This document shows positions 29,001-37,769 of a stretch of DNA of 64,000 bases, one piece after another. The DNA is taken from positions 1-64,000 of the IMG/VR virus record IMGVR_UViG_3300030329_004647; one strand, written 5' to 3'. Position numbers and translations under genes: made by a program. The number at the start of each line of letters is the position of its first letter. Within the stretch, counting starts at the first letter, position 1. Below the pieces are notes generated by a model. The model worked only from the letters and a program-made list of their open reading frames with translations, searched no databases and was not told the origin of the DNA.

Positions 29001-29417
29001 GGGAGTTGTCTATATTATGATGAAAATAGTGTAACAGGACCAGGTACACCTTATTGGTTAAATGATTCATGTTACGCTTGGGTAGTATATGATGTTGACC
29101 CATACTGTATGACAAATCAATGGGATGCTTTTTGTCAATCACAATATGATTATTGTGAATTTGGAACACCAATTGGATTAAATGAAATGACACGTGACCA
29201 AGTTTTGATTTTTCCTAATCCAACTAATGACTTAGTAACTATTAGGTCTAAAGAATCAGTAGATGTAAATATTTATGACTTCTTAGGTAATTTAATATTT
29301 GAATTAAAATCAATACAAGAAGAAAAGGTGGACCTGCGACCTTATTCTTCCGGTATTTATAATATACAACTTACTTACAAAGGTATAATTATAAATCATA
29401 AAGTAGTTAAACAATGA
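26046..29417 (+). CDS. T9SS-secreted Cys-repeat protein
   Basis: Sec signal peptide; about 18 GCxDxxAxNYxPxA..C repeats; C-terminal IFPNPTN..IYDFLGN..SGIYNI..KVVKQ sorting domain. Confidence 0.88.
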   Translation: MRNFLLIILCFISFGVVAQNDSWLNLQIQFDNYPEELDWKLFQLDTLAPNNILVAEGGPYYSTPNQHLLNVFIPNLHSNETYILEVHDSFGDGLSWPNNGYVYLSNICTDTISYVEGDFGPFFTDTLTVSPCNSPPLGCPDTLALNYDSLAQYTDMSVCTYPPCTSGLDTLYVEPICDNGVSKLYWQWSDQTDTNPNCGIIGYYRGTDLNNLPFYPWPSNWPQGGLTTTINQTSQGQMHYFYAMLGDSTLTDTLSIMPIQCILGCTDPTAMNYNPWANEDDGNCQSAQGSCNYGETCVRVIVTPDSYGEETYWSLTDTITGTVLGSVNPGFYSTPGVPVTTNVCAPENSVLEFTLNDQYGDGMCGTCWGGIDGSVLVEACGDTIAHIGPPTPMDFGSDTTFVAVPAPVCTTTGPTVGCMDPGYVEYLPTATQQNPGDCVTPVQLGCVDPMAFNYDSTANQQLITPSCTYTLRLLDGAGDGWFGSWIGITQGDSIIGDFTMTQGDTLDIPIVLDAIKPAKIYFFTLGNSVSTASQCGVQLINPMGQVTFYAGSNPWTDPIIPFPFIYTTIQDCGNSCVPTIPGCMDSTAYNYNPGANVPDTVFPCFYNPGCISPAYLEYHTYLDSVGVAPDFLDPFSCQNLAIFGCMDSTQFNYDQYATVNWTSATDSSDPCVPMIYGCTDATALNYDPLANTENYTCILPIYGCTDSTAFNFNPLANTNNGTCIAVIEGCTDPTAMNYNPNANTDDFSCIAYIYGCTDSTMWNYNPLANTDNGTCEPFVYGCTDVIAANFDPLANTNNNTCYYNPGCTDPLYVEFYNQGFTADFDDGSCLTLVVYGCTDNTMFNYDPTANVDNGSCEPFVYGCIDSTMFNYDPLANTDNGTCVPFIYGCMDATMFNYDPLANTNQVSETDISNPCIPIIYGCTDSTAFNYDPYANTDNGTCEAVVYGCTDEYDFPAYLDSTYINYLPGFSTVTTYNVDVTANTDDGSCLYYDENSVTGPGTPYWLNDSCYAWVVYDVDPYCMTNQWDAFCQSQYDYCEFGTPIGLNEMTRDQVLIFPNPTNDLVTIRSKESVDVNIYDFLGNLIFELKSIQEEKVDLRPYSSGIYNIQLTYKGIIINHKVVKQ

Positions 29418-30016
29418 GACACATAAACACATTTGTAAAAGCTAACCTCACAGTAGTTTACTTAGGAATATTATTAATATTTTTTGCACTGATGTTAACT
29501 GCTTGTGAAAAAGACCCAATAGAACCCTATAATCCTCCTGAGGCTATTAATCCAGATGAAATAAAAGGCAATTGGGAAATAACTAACTTTTATTTATTAG
29601 AGGAAGGGTTTAGAATTGATTTATCTGCGTGGGTAGTATATGTAAATGATTCTGTAGCAGATATAGGTACTATAATCTTTAATGACGAAGGAAACGCAAA
29701 TTTTGATTTGATATATGGTACCAGAGCAGAAGGTTATGACTCCCAAATGAGATGGGGAGATAACTTTAATTCCGCTTTACAAGACAGTTCTACTTTAGGT
29801 TGGAACTGGAGAGCTGAAAAACCTTTGTGTAACACCACTGAGTATAATTATGATTATAACCCAGCACAATATTTTTTAGGAATGAACTTAGAAGATTGGA
29901 CTACAACTTATAAAACAGAAAATAAATGGATAATTGAAAATACAAGACATTATAATGATGAATTAGAATTGACGGGAGAACACTTCCAGTACCGTCGTTT
30001 AACTTTAGAAAGATAA
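29414..30016 (+). CDS. lipoprotein, lipocalin-like
   Basis: lipobox LTA|C EKD; IKGNWEIT motif. Confidence 0.75.
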   Translation: MRHINTFVKANLTVVYLGILLIFFALMLTACEKDPIEPYNPPEAINPDEIKGNWEITNFYLLEEGFRIDLSAWVVYVNDSVADIGTIIFNDEGNANFDLIYGTRAEGYDSQMRWGDNFNSALQDSSTLGWNWRAEKPLCNTTEYNYDYNPAQYFLGMNLEDWTTTYKTENKWIIENTRHYNDELELTGEHFQYRRLTLER

Positions 30017-30020
30017 ATTT

Positions 30021-30407
30021 ATGACAACTACAAAAACACAAGGATTTTTACAAAAAATTGACCCACAAATGTGGTTAACTTTAATAGGCTTTGTATTCAC
30101 CCTAGGACTTATTTATGGAGAGTTTCAACAAATGAAAAATCAAATACAAATATTTGAAGAAAAACAAAAACTTTTTGATGAAGATTTTGAGAATGAAACC
30201 AAAATGGTACTTGAAAAATTTGAAACATTAGAAGAAAAACTACAACTTGAAATTGAAACGGTAGAACAAAGATTAGATAAAAAGATTAAAACAATAAATA
30301 CTCTAGAAGATAAAGTATTTGATATTACAAAAGAAATAGATGTTGAGTTTAAGAAAATAGAAATGCAAATAAAAAATTTAGGAGGCCATGATATAACTAA
30401 AGAATAA
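30021..30407 (+). CDS. membrane-anchored coiled-coil protein
   Basis: TM WLTLIGFVFTLGLIY then heptads. Confidence 0.7.
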   Translation: MTTTKTQGFLQKIDPQMWLTLIGFVFTLGLIYGEFQQMKNQIQIFEEKQKLFDEDFENETKMVLEKFETLEEKLQLEIETVEQRLDKKIKTINTLEDKVFDITKEIDVEFKKIEMQIKNLGGHDITKE

Positions 30408-30408
30408 T

Positions 30409-31521
30409 ATGAAAAATATACTTTTAATATTAACTCTATTACCACTTCTTTCTTTTGGACAAACAGACTCACTTAATTTACAACTTAAACAGGATTGGTT
30501 TAAAACCAACGTATTTGATGGGCTAGAGATTTATTTAGCGGGTAGTTATGGTAGACCTAATGATTTTTCTGACCAAACACTATTAGATGATTATGGATTT
30601 ACTATAGGTTTTAAGAAAAAAGCTAGTGAACTGTGTATAACTTGTCCAAAAAATGAATTTGGTAGAAAAGATGAAGAATTAAAAGCAGATGAAGATAAAG
30701 AATCATATGCTTTTAATAAACAAGGTTTAGAGTATAGAATTACCTGGAGTTATTTTAGAGACGATAATAAACCCTTTAAAGAAGACAGACAGTCTGTTAG
30801 ATACACTAAATTATTTAAAAAATGGGGTGTATGGGCTGAAGTAGACCATAGAAATACTATTTTTGATGATATTTCAGAATCAGGGTCCAATCAAGAATAT
30901 GTAAAAGGAGGTATAAGATTATTATTTAGAGCAACAGATTGGTTAAATATTACTGGTGGGGTAAATGCTAGAACAAACCCATTCGTATCATATACTAATG
31001 AGTTTATTAATTGGTATGAGGGAGCTTCTTGGGATACTGAGTCGTCTGCACAAAACGTATTTTATGATTTTAATGGTGATGGTAGTTGGGAAGATACAGA
31101 ATTAGTAGGTACTTACACAGAAATATTAGACCCTGTGTTAAATGAACCTTATGTTACAAATGCATATAATGCAAAAAAAGAAATTTGGGTTGCATCATCA
31201 TCACCTGTAATAGGTTTAGATATTCTTACCGAATCAAGCATCTACTTTTTTAATTTATTTGTTAACATTTATCCTTACCCTTATGATGTCATCACACCTG
31301 AAGTTGAATATGTTTACTCTGGTAATGACGTGGAATTAAAAGCATTTGGTATGGAAGCTGATTGGGCTCCTACTGAATCAATTACAGAATTTGATGCTGG
31401 GTTAGTTATAGGTTTAAAACTTGGTAAAAACTTTTCCGCTGAATTAAACGGAGAAATATCTAATTACTATGGAGTCTATAACTACAGGACTCAAATTGGA
31501 TTAAAATACAAATTAAAGTAA
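30409..31521 (+). CDS. putative outer-membrane beta-barrel protein
   Basis: signal peptide MKNILLILTLLPLLSFG; alternating beta-strand pattern; C-terminal YRTQIGLKYKLK. Confidence 0.65.
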   Translation: MKNILLILTLLPLLSFGQTDSLNLQLKQDWFKTNVFDGLEIYLAGSYGRPNDFSDQTLLDDYGFTIGFKKKASELCITCPKNEFGRKDEELKADEDKESYAFNKQGLEYRITWSYFRDDNKPFKEDRQSVRYTKLFKKWGVWAEVDHRNTIFDDISESGSNQEYVKGGIRLLFRATDWLNITGGVNARTNPFVSYTNEFINWYEGASWDTESSAQNVFYDFNGDGSWEDTELVGTYTEILDPVLNEPYVTNAYNAKKEIWVASSSPVIGLDILTESSIYFFNLFVNIYPYPYDVITPEVEYVYSGNDVELKAFGMEADWAPTESITEFDAGLVIGLKLGKNFSAELNGEISNYYGVYNYRTQIGLKYKLK

Positions 31522-31522
31522 A

Positions 31523-33928
31523 ATGCAAATCAACAAGTATCCCACCGCGACCATCTTTGGTGTATATATTCTATTTCTATTATTTCTACTATTCAACTCA
31601 ACACAATTAGTAGCTCAAACTATAACCATACAAGACCAACAAACCTTAGAACCCATCCCCTTTGCGAATATTTCGTCCTACCAGTTGTTAATAACAGAAA
31701 CAGCTAATGGGTTTGTTACAGATTCAGTTAGGGTTGGTACAACAACAGACATCAATGGTCATGCTGATATTTCAGACTGGTCCGATGATATGTTACTACA
31801 TATATCATTTCTTGGTTATGAAAAAAGAAAGATAACTAAAGGAGAGATATTAAAAAAGAATAATGTTATTTTCTTAAGAGAGACCGCACAGTTTTTAGAA
31901 CAAGTGGTAATATCTGCTAGTAAGTTTAGAGAAAAAAGAGAAGATGTGGCTTATTCTATAGAATCTTTAGATAGAAAAACCATAGAAAACGCAAATGTAA
32001 CACAAACTCCAGACCTTCTTACAAAAACTAATGGAGTAACAATTCAAAAGTCACAATTAGGTGGAGGTTCCCCAATCATAAGAGGATTTGAAGCTAATAG
32101 AGTTCTATTAGTAGTTGATGGTGTTAGAATGAATAACGCGATTTATCGTTCTGGTCACTTACAAAATTCTTTAACAATTGACCCTAATGCAGTAGAAATA
32201 GTGGAAGTGGTATTTGGTCCTTCATCCACGATTTATGGGAGTGATGCGTTAGGAGGGGTAATACATTTTTATACACGTAAACCACAATTTAGTAAGAATG
32301 ATAAAATATTTACCCAAACAAAGGTTGTGAGTCGTATGTCTCTTGCTGATGAAGGAATGTCTACTCATATAGATTATAACATAGGAGGTAAAAATGTTGC
32401 TAATTTTACCAGTTTAACATATACTAGTTTTGGGGATTTGAGGATGGGTCAAAACAGAAATCATGGGTATGATGATTGGGGGTTGGCAAACTATTACATT
32501 AACGAGAACGACGAAATGGTGGAAAATGAGAATTCTCATATACAAGTAGGTACAGGTTATGAACAATATGATTTACTTAATAATCTTACATGGAAAGCAA
32601 CTCCAGAAATAATTTTAAGATGGAACACCCAACTATCCACTACTACAAATATACCTAGATATGATAACCTACAAGATTATAATGATGGTGAGTTAAAATG
32701 GAGTGAATGGCACTACGGACCTCAGACTAGATTTTTTACTTCACTACAAGGTAATGTATATAAACAAACTAAATTTTATGATAATTTTAGAGTAACATCC
32801 GCATATCAATTCATTAAAGAGGATAGAATAACAAGAAAGTATCAATCAGAGGATTATAATAACACATATGTAGATGTACACGTATCCAGTATTAATTTTG
32901 ACCTTTCAAAGAAAAAACTTTTATACGGGTTTGAGTTTGTTAATAACCAAGTAATATCTACCTCAACGGCAGGAACTCAACCAAGATATCCTTCAGGTGG
33001 AAGTGACTTAACATCAATCGCAGCTTATACAACATATAAACATCACTTTTCAGAAAAATTCTTAATTGCGGGTGGGTTAAGATATTCTTCCATATTTGCA
33101 AACATGTCTTTTAACAATGATGACCCTGTATTTGTTACTGATGAAATAAATGCAACAAACGGCGCACTTACGGGAAATATAAATAGTGTTTGGAAACCAG
33201 GGAATGGGTGGAAATTCGATGTTGTTGGAAGTACAGGTTTTAGAAGTCCAAACATTGATGACTACGGTAAAGTCTTTGTTAAAAGAGGTGACATGGTTAT
33301 CCCTAATCCAGACCTTACACCAGAATATGCTTATAATACAGAAGGTACTTTGACTAAAACTTGGTCCAACATATCCTTAGCTGGAACAATATATAATACA
33401 TGGTTAAGAGATGCTATCACCAAACAAGATTTAGGGTATAGTCAAATACATGAAGACGAAGAAGTAAATGTGCAAACCCTGATGAATACTGAGGAAGCCT
33501 ATGTTAGAGGTATTTCTTTAGTTGGGAAATACGAACCAGTAGAAGAACTTTATTTTGAATCCTCATTTAACCTACAAAAAGGATATGATATATCAAATGA
33601 TGAACCTCTTGGTCATATTCCACCCGCATATGGTAAATTTTTAACTAGATTTAAACTTAAAAAATTTGAAGGAAGGGTTTGGTACGATTACGCTTTACCT
33701 AAATTATTAGAGAATTCTAATGGGGCGACGGACAATATTGATTTAGCGACTGATGAAGGTTGGCCTTTTTGGTATACACTTAATTTAAGTATGACCTATA
33801 ATATAAACAAAGGTCTTACAATGCAAATAGGGTTGGAAAATTTAATGGACCTACACTATAGAACATTCGCTTCTGGTCTTTCAGCACCAGGAAGAAATGT
33901 GATAATAAAAGCACAATATAAATTTTAA
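31523..33928 (+). CDS. TonB-dependent receptor (Bacteroidota type, N-terminal CarboxypepD_reg-like domain)
   Basis: EQVVISAS, GGGSPIIRGFEANRVLLVVDGVRMNN, FGPSSTIYGSDALGGVI, FRSPNIDD, C-terminal PGRNVIIKAQYKF. Confidence 0.95.
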   Translation: MQINKYPTATIFGVYILFLLFLLFNSTQLVAQTITIQDQQTLEPIPFANISSYQLLITETANGFVTDSVRVGTTTDINGHADISDWSDDMLLHISFLGYEKRKITKGEILKKNNVIFLRETAQFLEQVVISASKFREKREDVAYSIESLDRKTIENANVTQTPDLLTKTNGVTIQKSQLGGGSPIIRGFEANRVLLVVDGVRMNNAIYRSGHLQNSLTIDPNAVEIVEVVFGPSSTIYGSDALGGVIHFYTRKPQFSKNDKIFTQTKVVSRMSLADEGMSTHIDYNIGGKNVANFTSLTYTSFGDLRMGQNRNHGYDDWGLANYYINENDEMVENENSHIQVGTGYEQYDLLNNLTWKATPEIILRWNTQLSTTTNIPRYDNLQDYNDGELKWSEWHYGPQTRFFTSLQGNVYKQTKFYDNFRVTSAYQFIKEDRITRKYQSEDYNNTYVDVHVSSINFDLSKKKLLYGFEFVNNQVISTSTAGTQPRYPSGGSDLTSIAAYTTYKHHFSEKFLIAGGLRYSSIFANMSFNNDDPVFVTDEINATNGALTGNINSVWKPGNGWKFDVVGSTGFRSPNIDDYGKVFVKRGDMVIPNPDLTPEYAYNTEGTLTKTWSNISLAGTIYNTWLRDAITKQDLGYSQIHEDEEVNVQTLMNTEEAYVRGISLVGKYEPVEELYFESSFNLQKGYDISNDEPLGHIPPAYGKFLTRFKLKKFEGRVWYDYALPKLLENSNGATDNIDLATDEGWPFWYTLNLSMTYNINKGLTMQIGLENLMDLHYRTFASGLSAPGRNVIIKAQYKF

Positions 33929-33933
33929 AAATA

Positions 33934-34107
33934 ATGAATTGGAATAAAATTGGACTTAAAGTAATGGATTACTTGAAAGACTATGGACATCACGCACTTC
34001 TATTATTCGCTGGTTGGGAGTTAAAATCAGCTGATTGGATGGTGTTTGCTTGTTCTATCACAATCTGGGCACTTGTTAACGAAGTTAGAAAGTATACTAG
34101 AAATTAA
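33934..34107 (+). CDS. small membrane protein (57 aa, not in ORF track)
   Basis: MNWNKIGLKVMDYLKDYGHHALLLFAGWE...; similar to 34133. Confidence 0.6.
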   Translation: MNWNKIGLKVMDYLKDYGHHALLLFAGWELKSADWMVFACSITIWALVNEVRKYTRN

Positions 34108-34110
34108 TAA

Positions 34111-34118
34111 TATTTATA
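34111..34118 (+). promoter_or_regulatory. TATTTATA motif (putative late promoter)
   Basis: upstream of ATG 34133. Confidence 0.5.
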
Positions 34119-34132
34119 ATAAAAATAAAAAA

Positions 34133-34321
34133 ATGGATACAGTATTAAATTATATCAAAAATTATGCAGGACACTTACTATTATTTGGTTACACTTGTGA
34201 AGTTATAAGTGGTGACCATTTAGTCGCACAAGCTTTACTATTAGGATGGATAGTATGGAGAGAGTGGAGATGTAAATGTTCAGCTTGTAAAGGAGATAGT
34301 ACGTGTTGTAAAAGTAAATAA
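34133..34321 (+). CDS. small membrane protein with Cys-rich tail (start moved to MDTVL)
   Basis: VLNYIKNYAGHLLLF...CKCSAC..CC. Confidence 0.6.
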   Translation: MDTVLNYIKNYAGHLLLFGYTCEVISGDHLVAQALLLGWIVWREWRCKCSACKGDSTCCKSK

Positions 34322-34324
34322 ATT

Positions 34325-34513
34325 ATGACTATAGCTAGAATTATTATCACTATGGGGGTTCTAGCAATATTTGCATGGTTAGTTTACCTTATATTTTTTG
34401 AGGAGGTTACGGGTACCACTCGTGACCTTCTTTTTATTTTGGTAGGTGGATTCCTCAGTTCATTCCAAAATATAATAGACTATTGGTTTAAAAAAGAAAA
34501 AAAACATGTCTAA
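34325..34513 (+). CDS. 2-TM holin-like protein
   Basis: two TM helices, RDLLFILVGG...IIDYWF, basic C-terminus. Confidence 0.5.
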   Translation: MTIARIIITMGVLAIFAWLVYLIFFEEVTGTTRDLLFILVGGFLSSFQNIIDYWFKKEKKHV

Positions 34514-34838
34514 CGGAACAGGATACAACACATCACAAGGAGGGACGGATTGCACATGGATTACTGCTGATGATTTATGGAGTCAAGCATTTTATACTTG
34601 GTTAAACGCTTGTTATTCTGATGGAGGAGGTAAAACAGCTCAACTTACAAGAATAAGAAAGGGTAAAAAAGATTTCCAAAGAAAGTTTATAAAACTTTTA
34701 TGTGAAATAAAAGGGGAAACATATGAGGAAACAAAATATTTTCGTCCTAACATCAACGTAACCGCAAAAGATGTGGACTTAGTGGGAAAAGAATTGAAAA
34801 AGATAAATTTAAATATATTTATAAATAAAAAGAAATAA
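34506..34838 (+). CDS. hypothetical protein
   Basis: ORF coupled to neighbours. Confidence 0.65.
   Translation: MSNGTGYNTSQGGTDCTWITADDLWSQAFYTWLNACYSDGGGKTAQLTRIRKGKKDFQRKFIKLLCEIKGETYEETKYFRPNINVTAKDVDLVGKELKKINLNIFINKKK
34816..34823 (+). promoter_or_regulatory. TATTTATA motif (putative late promoter)
   Basis: upstream of ATG 34838. Confidence 0.45.
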
Positions 34839-35308
34839 TGTATACACTTTTTTCAGACAAACCAAACCTATTCGAATGTACTATACAACTTGAGGGTGCA
34901 AGCCTATCTCAAGCAAGTGCACGATTAATTATTGAGAGTGATGAAAACTCTTTAGTATTTGAAGGAGAAATAGATAAAAATGGGGTATGTCTCATTCCTA
35001 TTAAAAAACTTAAAAGTGTTGTTAGTGAAAATGGGAATATGAAACTAGAGGTTATAGCGGATGATATGTATTTTAATCCCTGGTCATCTGATTATGAATT
35101 GACACAGTCTAAAAAAGTTACAGTTGAAGTTAAAAACCCGACAGAAAAACCGAAACTTTTTGAAAGTAATAAACCAAAAGTTAACGTGACCTTTAAAAAA
35201 CCAATCAAGAAACAAAAAGTTTCACGAAAAACCGTTTCAGAATCAAAATCTAAGTCAACTTTCACCAACAAAGACCTAGAAAAACTTCTAAAACGTCTAC
35301 GTGGATAA
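34838..35308 (+). CDS. hypothetical (possible structural) protein
   Basis: beta-rich N-terminus, basic C-terminus. Confidence 0.7.
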   Translation: MYTLFSDKPNLFECTIQLEGASLSQASARLIIESDENSLVFEGEIDKNGVCLIPIKKLKSVVSENGNMKLEVIADDMYFNPWSSDYELTQSKKVTVEVKNPTEKPKLFESNKPKVNVTFKKPIKKQKVSRKTVSESKSKSTFTNKDLEKLLKRLRG

Positions 35309-35343
35309 TTTACTTTCATAACTATAGGGATAACTTTTAAGTT

Positions 35344-37386
35344 ATGGCAGATTTATCCAATCTTAAAATATCAAGTACCTTTCCAAGAGTCTTACAAAGA
35401 GACCCTGACACTGGTCAGTTACAAAACTTGGTGGGAAATAAACCAACTAATCTTATTATTCAAGATACTACATTAAGATATGTAGATGGTAATCAACAAA
35501 ACAATTATATATTAACATCTGACGCTGATGGTAATGCAAGATGGGCAGTTAATTCTGGTGGTGGAGGAAGTACCGATATCTATTGGTCAGCAAATACCAC
35601 AAACACCACACCTAGTATAACACCATCTGGGACTAGTGTAGCTACACCTATTTTAGTTAAGAATGACATAAGTGGAGCTACTGATTTATATTTAGGTAAT
35701 TCTACCGCTAATGTTGTAGATACCTATACAGCTTCTACTATTTCTGCTTATGATAAACTAACAATTAAGGGAAGACGTGTTGACAATGATTTTATAGTAT
35801 TACAACAGGATGAAGTTAAATTGTTTCTGGATGGAACGGAATCAATAGTGTTTAGAAGTGGCACTCACCCTAGTGGGAGTGCTGACTACATTTTTAATTC
35901 TGCTAGCCAAGATATTGATTTCGCGATTAATGGACCTACAAATACAAACTTCAAAGTCAGTGTTTCGAGAGATGCTATAAGGATGAAAGACCACGTAACA
36001 GTTGGAGGAGCATCTTTTGTTTCTTGGAATAATATGGAAAATTGGGGACTTGCGGTAACAGGAACATCATACTTAGTATCAGGAGGAACCAACGGATTAG
36101 ATAAAAACGCGATAACAACGAGTGGTAATACTCACATACACGGTTCACTTAGTGCCAACACAAATGTTACTGTAGATGGAACTCTATCCGCTAACACCAT
36201 CTCAAGTAAGAATATAAATGAATCAATTCTAACAATCCAATCTGATGAGGTAAAAATAGCAAGTCACGGTGGAAGTCCTGAATATCTAAATATTAAAGAT
36301 GATGTTATTAAATTTTATATTGATAATTCAGAAGCGGTTACCTTTGACAAGTCAAACTCACAATATCTCTTTAACGCTGCTCAACAAGATTACGATTTTG
36401 TAATTGGTGGAAGTACAGGAATTAACACATTCCAGGTAGACGTAAGTGCGAACCTAGCTAGATTTAGAGACCACCTAACAATAGGTACTTCTCTTGGTAT
36501 ATCCAGCCAAATAGGGATAAGGTTTGGATTATCAGTAACTGGAACTTCTTATTTAATTTCAGGTGGTACTCAAGGTGCTGATAAAAACGCAATAACAACA
36601 AGTGGAAATACACATATACATGGTGTGATGAGTGCTAATACCGCTGCATATGCACCTTTCTTAACGACAGACTATGTTATAGCAAATTCGTCAAATGGTC
36701 TGTGGTTAAAAGAAGACGGTGGTAGAGGTATAGAAATTCAAGATGGAGGAAATATTGCAATTGGTGGTACAGGACAAAACGCCAATGAACAATTAACAGT
36801 TAGTGCGGGAATATCTGGAGTTACCGTTTATTCCAAAACTGATATGTACGCGGGAGTTACAGGTAGAATGAGTGGTGGTACAGTAGTAGCTGCTACGAGT
36901 TTATCAGCGATGAGTGAGACAACCATAGACGGTAATCTTAATTTAAATGGTTATGTAAAATATAAACAACCCGCATTTTTGGATAATAATGCTGGTTCAG
37001 GAGAAATAGCATATTTTGGTATTGCACAAGGAGGTTCAACCACTAAAGGAAAATTATACTATCTCCAAACAAATGGTGCTTGGGATGAAGTTCAGGCAAA
37101 TGCTTCTAGTAATGATGGTAATAGTCAATTATTAGGTATTGCTCTAGGTTCCACACCAGCTTCTAATGGAATGTTGTTAAGAGGGTTTTTTGATATGAAT
37201 AGTCATTTTACTGGTACTTTTGATGAGGGAATACCAGTATATATTGATGATAATAACTCGGGTTACATAACAGTCACCCAACCAGCTGGAAACAATGAAT
37301 TTGTTAGAGTAGTAGGATATTGTACCAATACCGCAAACGTTATTTATTTTAATCCAGATGGAACTTACATAACAGTGAACGCGTAA
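35344..37386 (+). CDS. putative tail fibre / structural protein with internal duplication
   Basis: two copies of ...GLxVTGTSYLxSGGTxGxDKNAITTSGNTHIHG; C-terminal domain paralogous to 20387. Confidence 0.7.
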   Translation: MADLSNLKISSTFPRVLQRDPDTGQLQNLVGNKPTNLIIQDTTLRYVDGNQQNNYILTSDADGNARWAVNSGGGGSTDIYWSANTTNTTPSITPSGTSVATPILVKNDISGATDLYLGNSTANVVDTYTASTISAYDKLTIKGRRVDNDFIVLQQDEVKLFLDGTESIVFRSGTHPSGSADYIFNSASQDIDFAINGPTNTNFKVSVSRDAIRMKDHVTVGGASFVSWNNMENWGLAVTGTSYLVSGGTNGLDKNAITTSGNTHIHGSLSANTNVTVDGTLSANTISSKNINESILTIQSDEVKIASHGGSPEYLNIKDDVIKFYIDNSEAVTFDKSNSQYLFNAAQQDYDFVIGGSTGINTFQVDVSANLARFRDHLTIGTSLGISSQIGIRFGLSVTGTSYLISGGTQGADKNAITTSGNTHIHGVMSANTAAYAPFLTTDYVIANSSNGLWLKEDGGRGIEIQDGGNIAIGGTGQNANEQLTVSAGISGVTVYSKTDMYAGVTGRMSGGTVVAATSLSAMSETTIDGNLNLNGYVKYKQPAFLDNNAGSGEIAYFGIAQGGSTTKGKLYYLQTNGAWDEVQANASSNDGNSQLLGIALGSTPASNGMLLRGFFDMNSHFTGTFDEGIPVYIDDNNSGYITVTQPAGNNEFVRVVGYCTNTANVIYFNPDGTYITVNA

Positions 37387-37387
37387 T

Positions 37388-37747
37388 ATGGCAGAACAAG
37401 GAGGAATAGACGGTAGAGATATGTGTTCTTCAGTTAAAGATATGAACGGTGTGTTACTAGCTAATATTAAAGGAATTGGAGGTAGAGATAGGACAGCATG
37501 TACAACTTGTGAGTCAGTTAGTTTAGCAGGTAATAGAATTGCATCGACAGCGTGTGCTCTTGCTTGTGATACCTTCTTCACGGATGGAACCCCCTCTAAT
37601 CTACAATTAGGGGATAAGATATTTAGTAATGCGGAATGTACTGAATTAGCAGCAAGAAATTACTACTCTAATAGGTGTGGAGCAAGAAGTGGTAATGTTT
37701 ATTTAATTGATTCTAATGGAGCAATAACTAATATTGCTTCATGTTAA
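37388..37747 (+). CDS. Cys-rich fibre partner protein
   Basis: paralogue of 23575. Confidence 0.7.
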   Translation: MAEQGGIDGRDMCSSVKDMNGVLLANIKGIGGRDRTACTTCESVSLAGNRIASTACALACDTFFTDGTPSNLQLGDKIFSNAECTELAARNYYSNRCGARSGNVYLIDSNGAITNIASC

Positions 37748-37750
37748 TAA

Positions 37751-37758
37751 TATTTATA
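37751..37758 (+). promoter_or_regulatory. TATTTATA motif (putative late promoter)
   Basis: upstream of ATG 37770. Confidence 0.5.
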
Positions 37759-37769
37759 GTATAAAAGAT

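Noticed and set aside
20387-37386. Diversity-generating retroelement acting on fibres
   Set aside because: No reverse transcriptase and no near-identical template/variable repeat pair differing at adenines was seen
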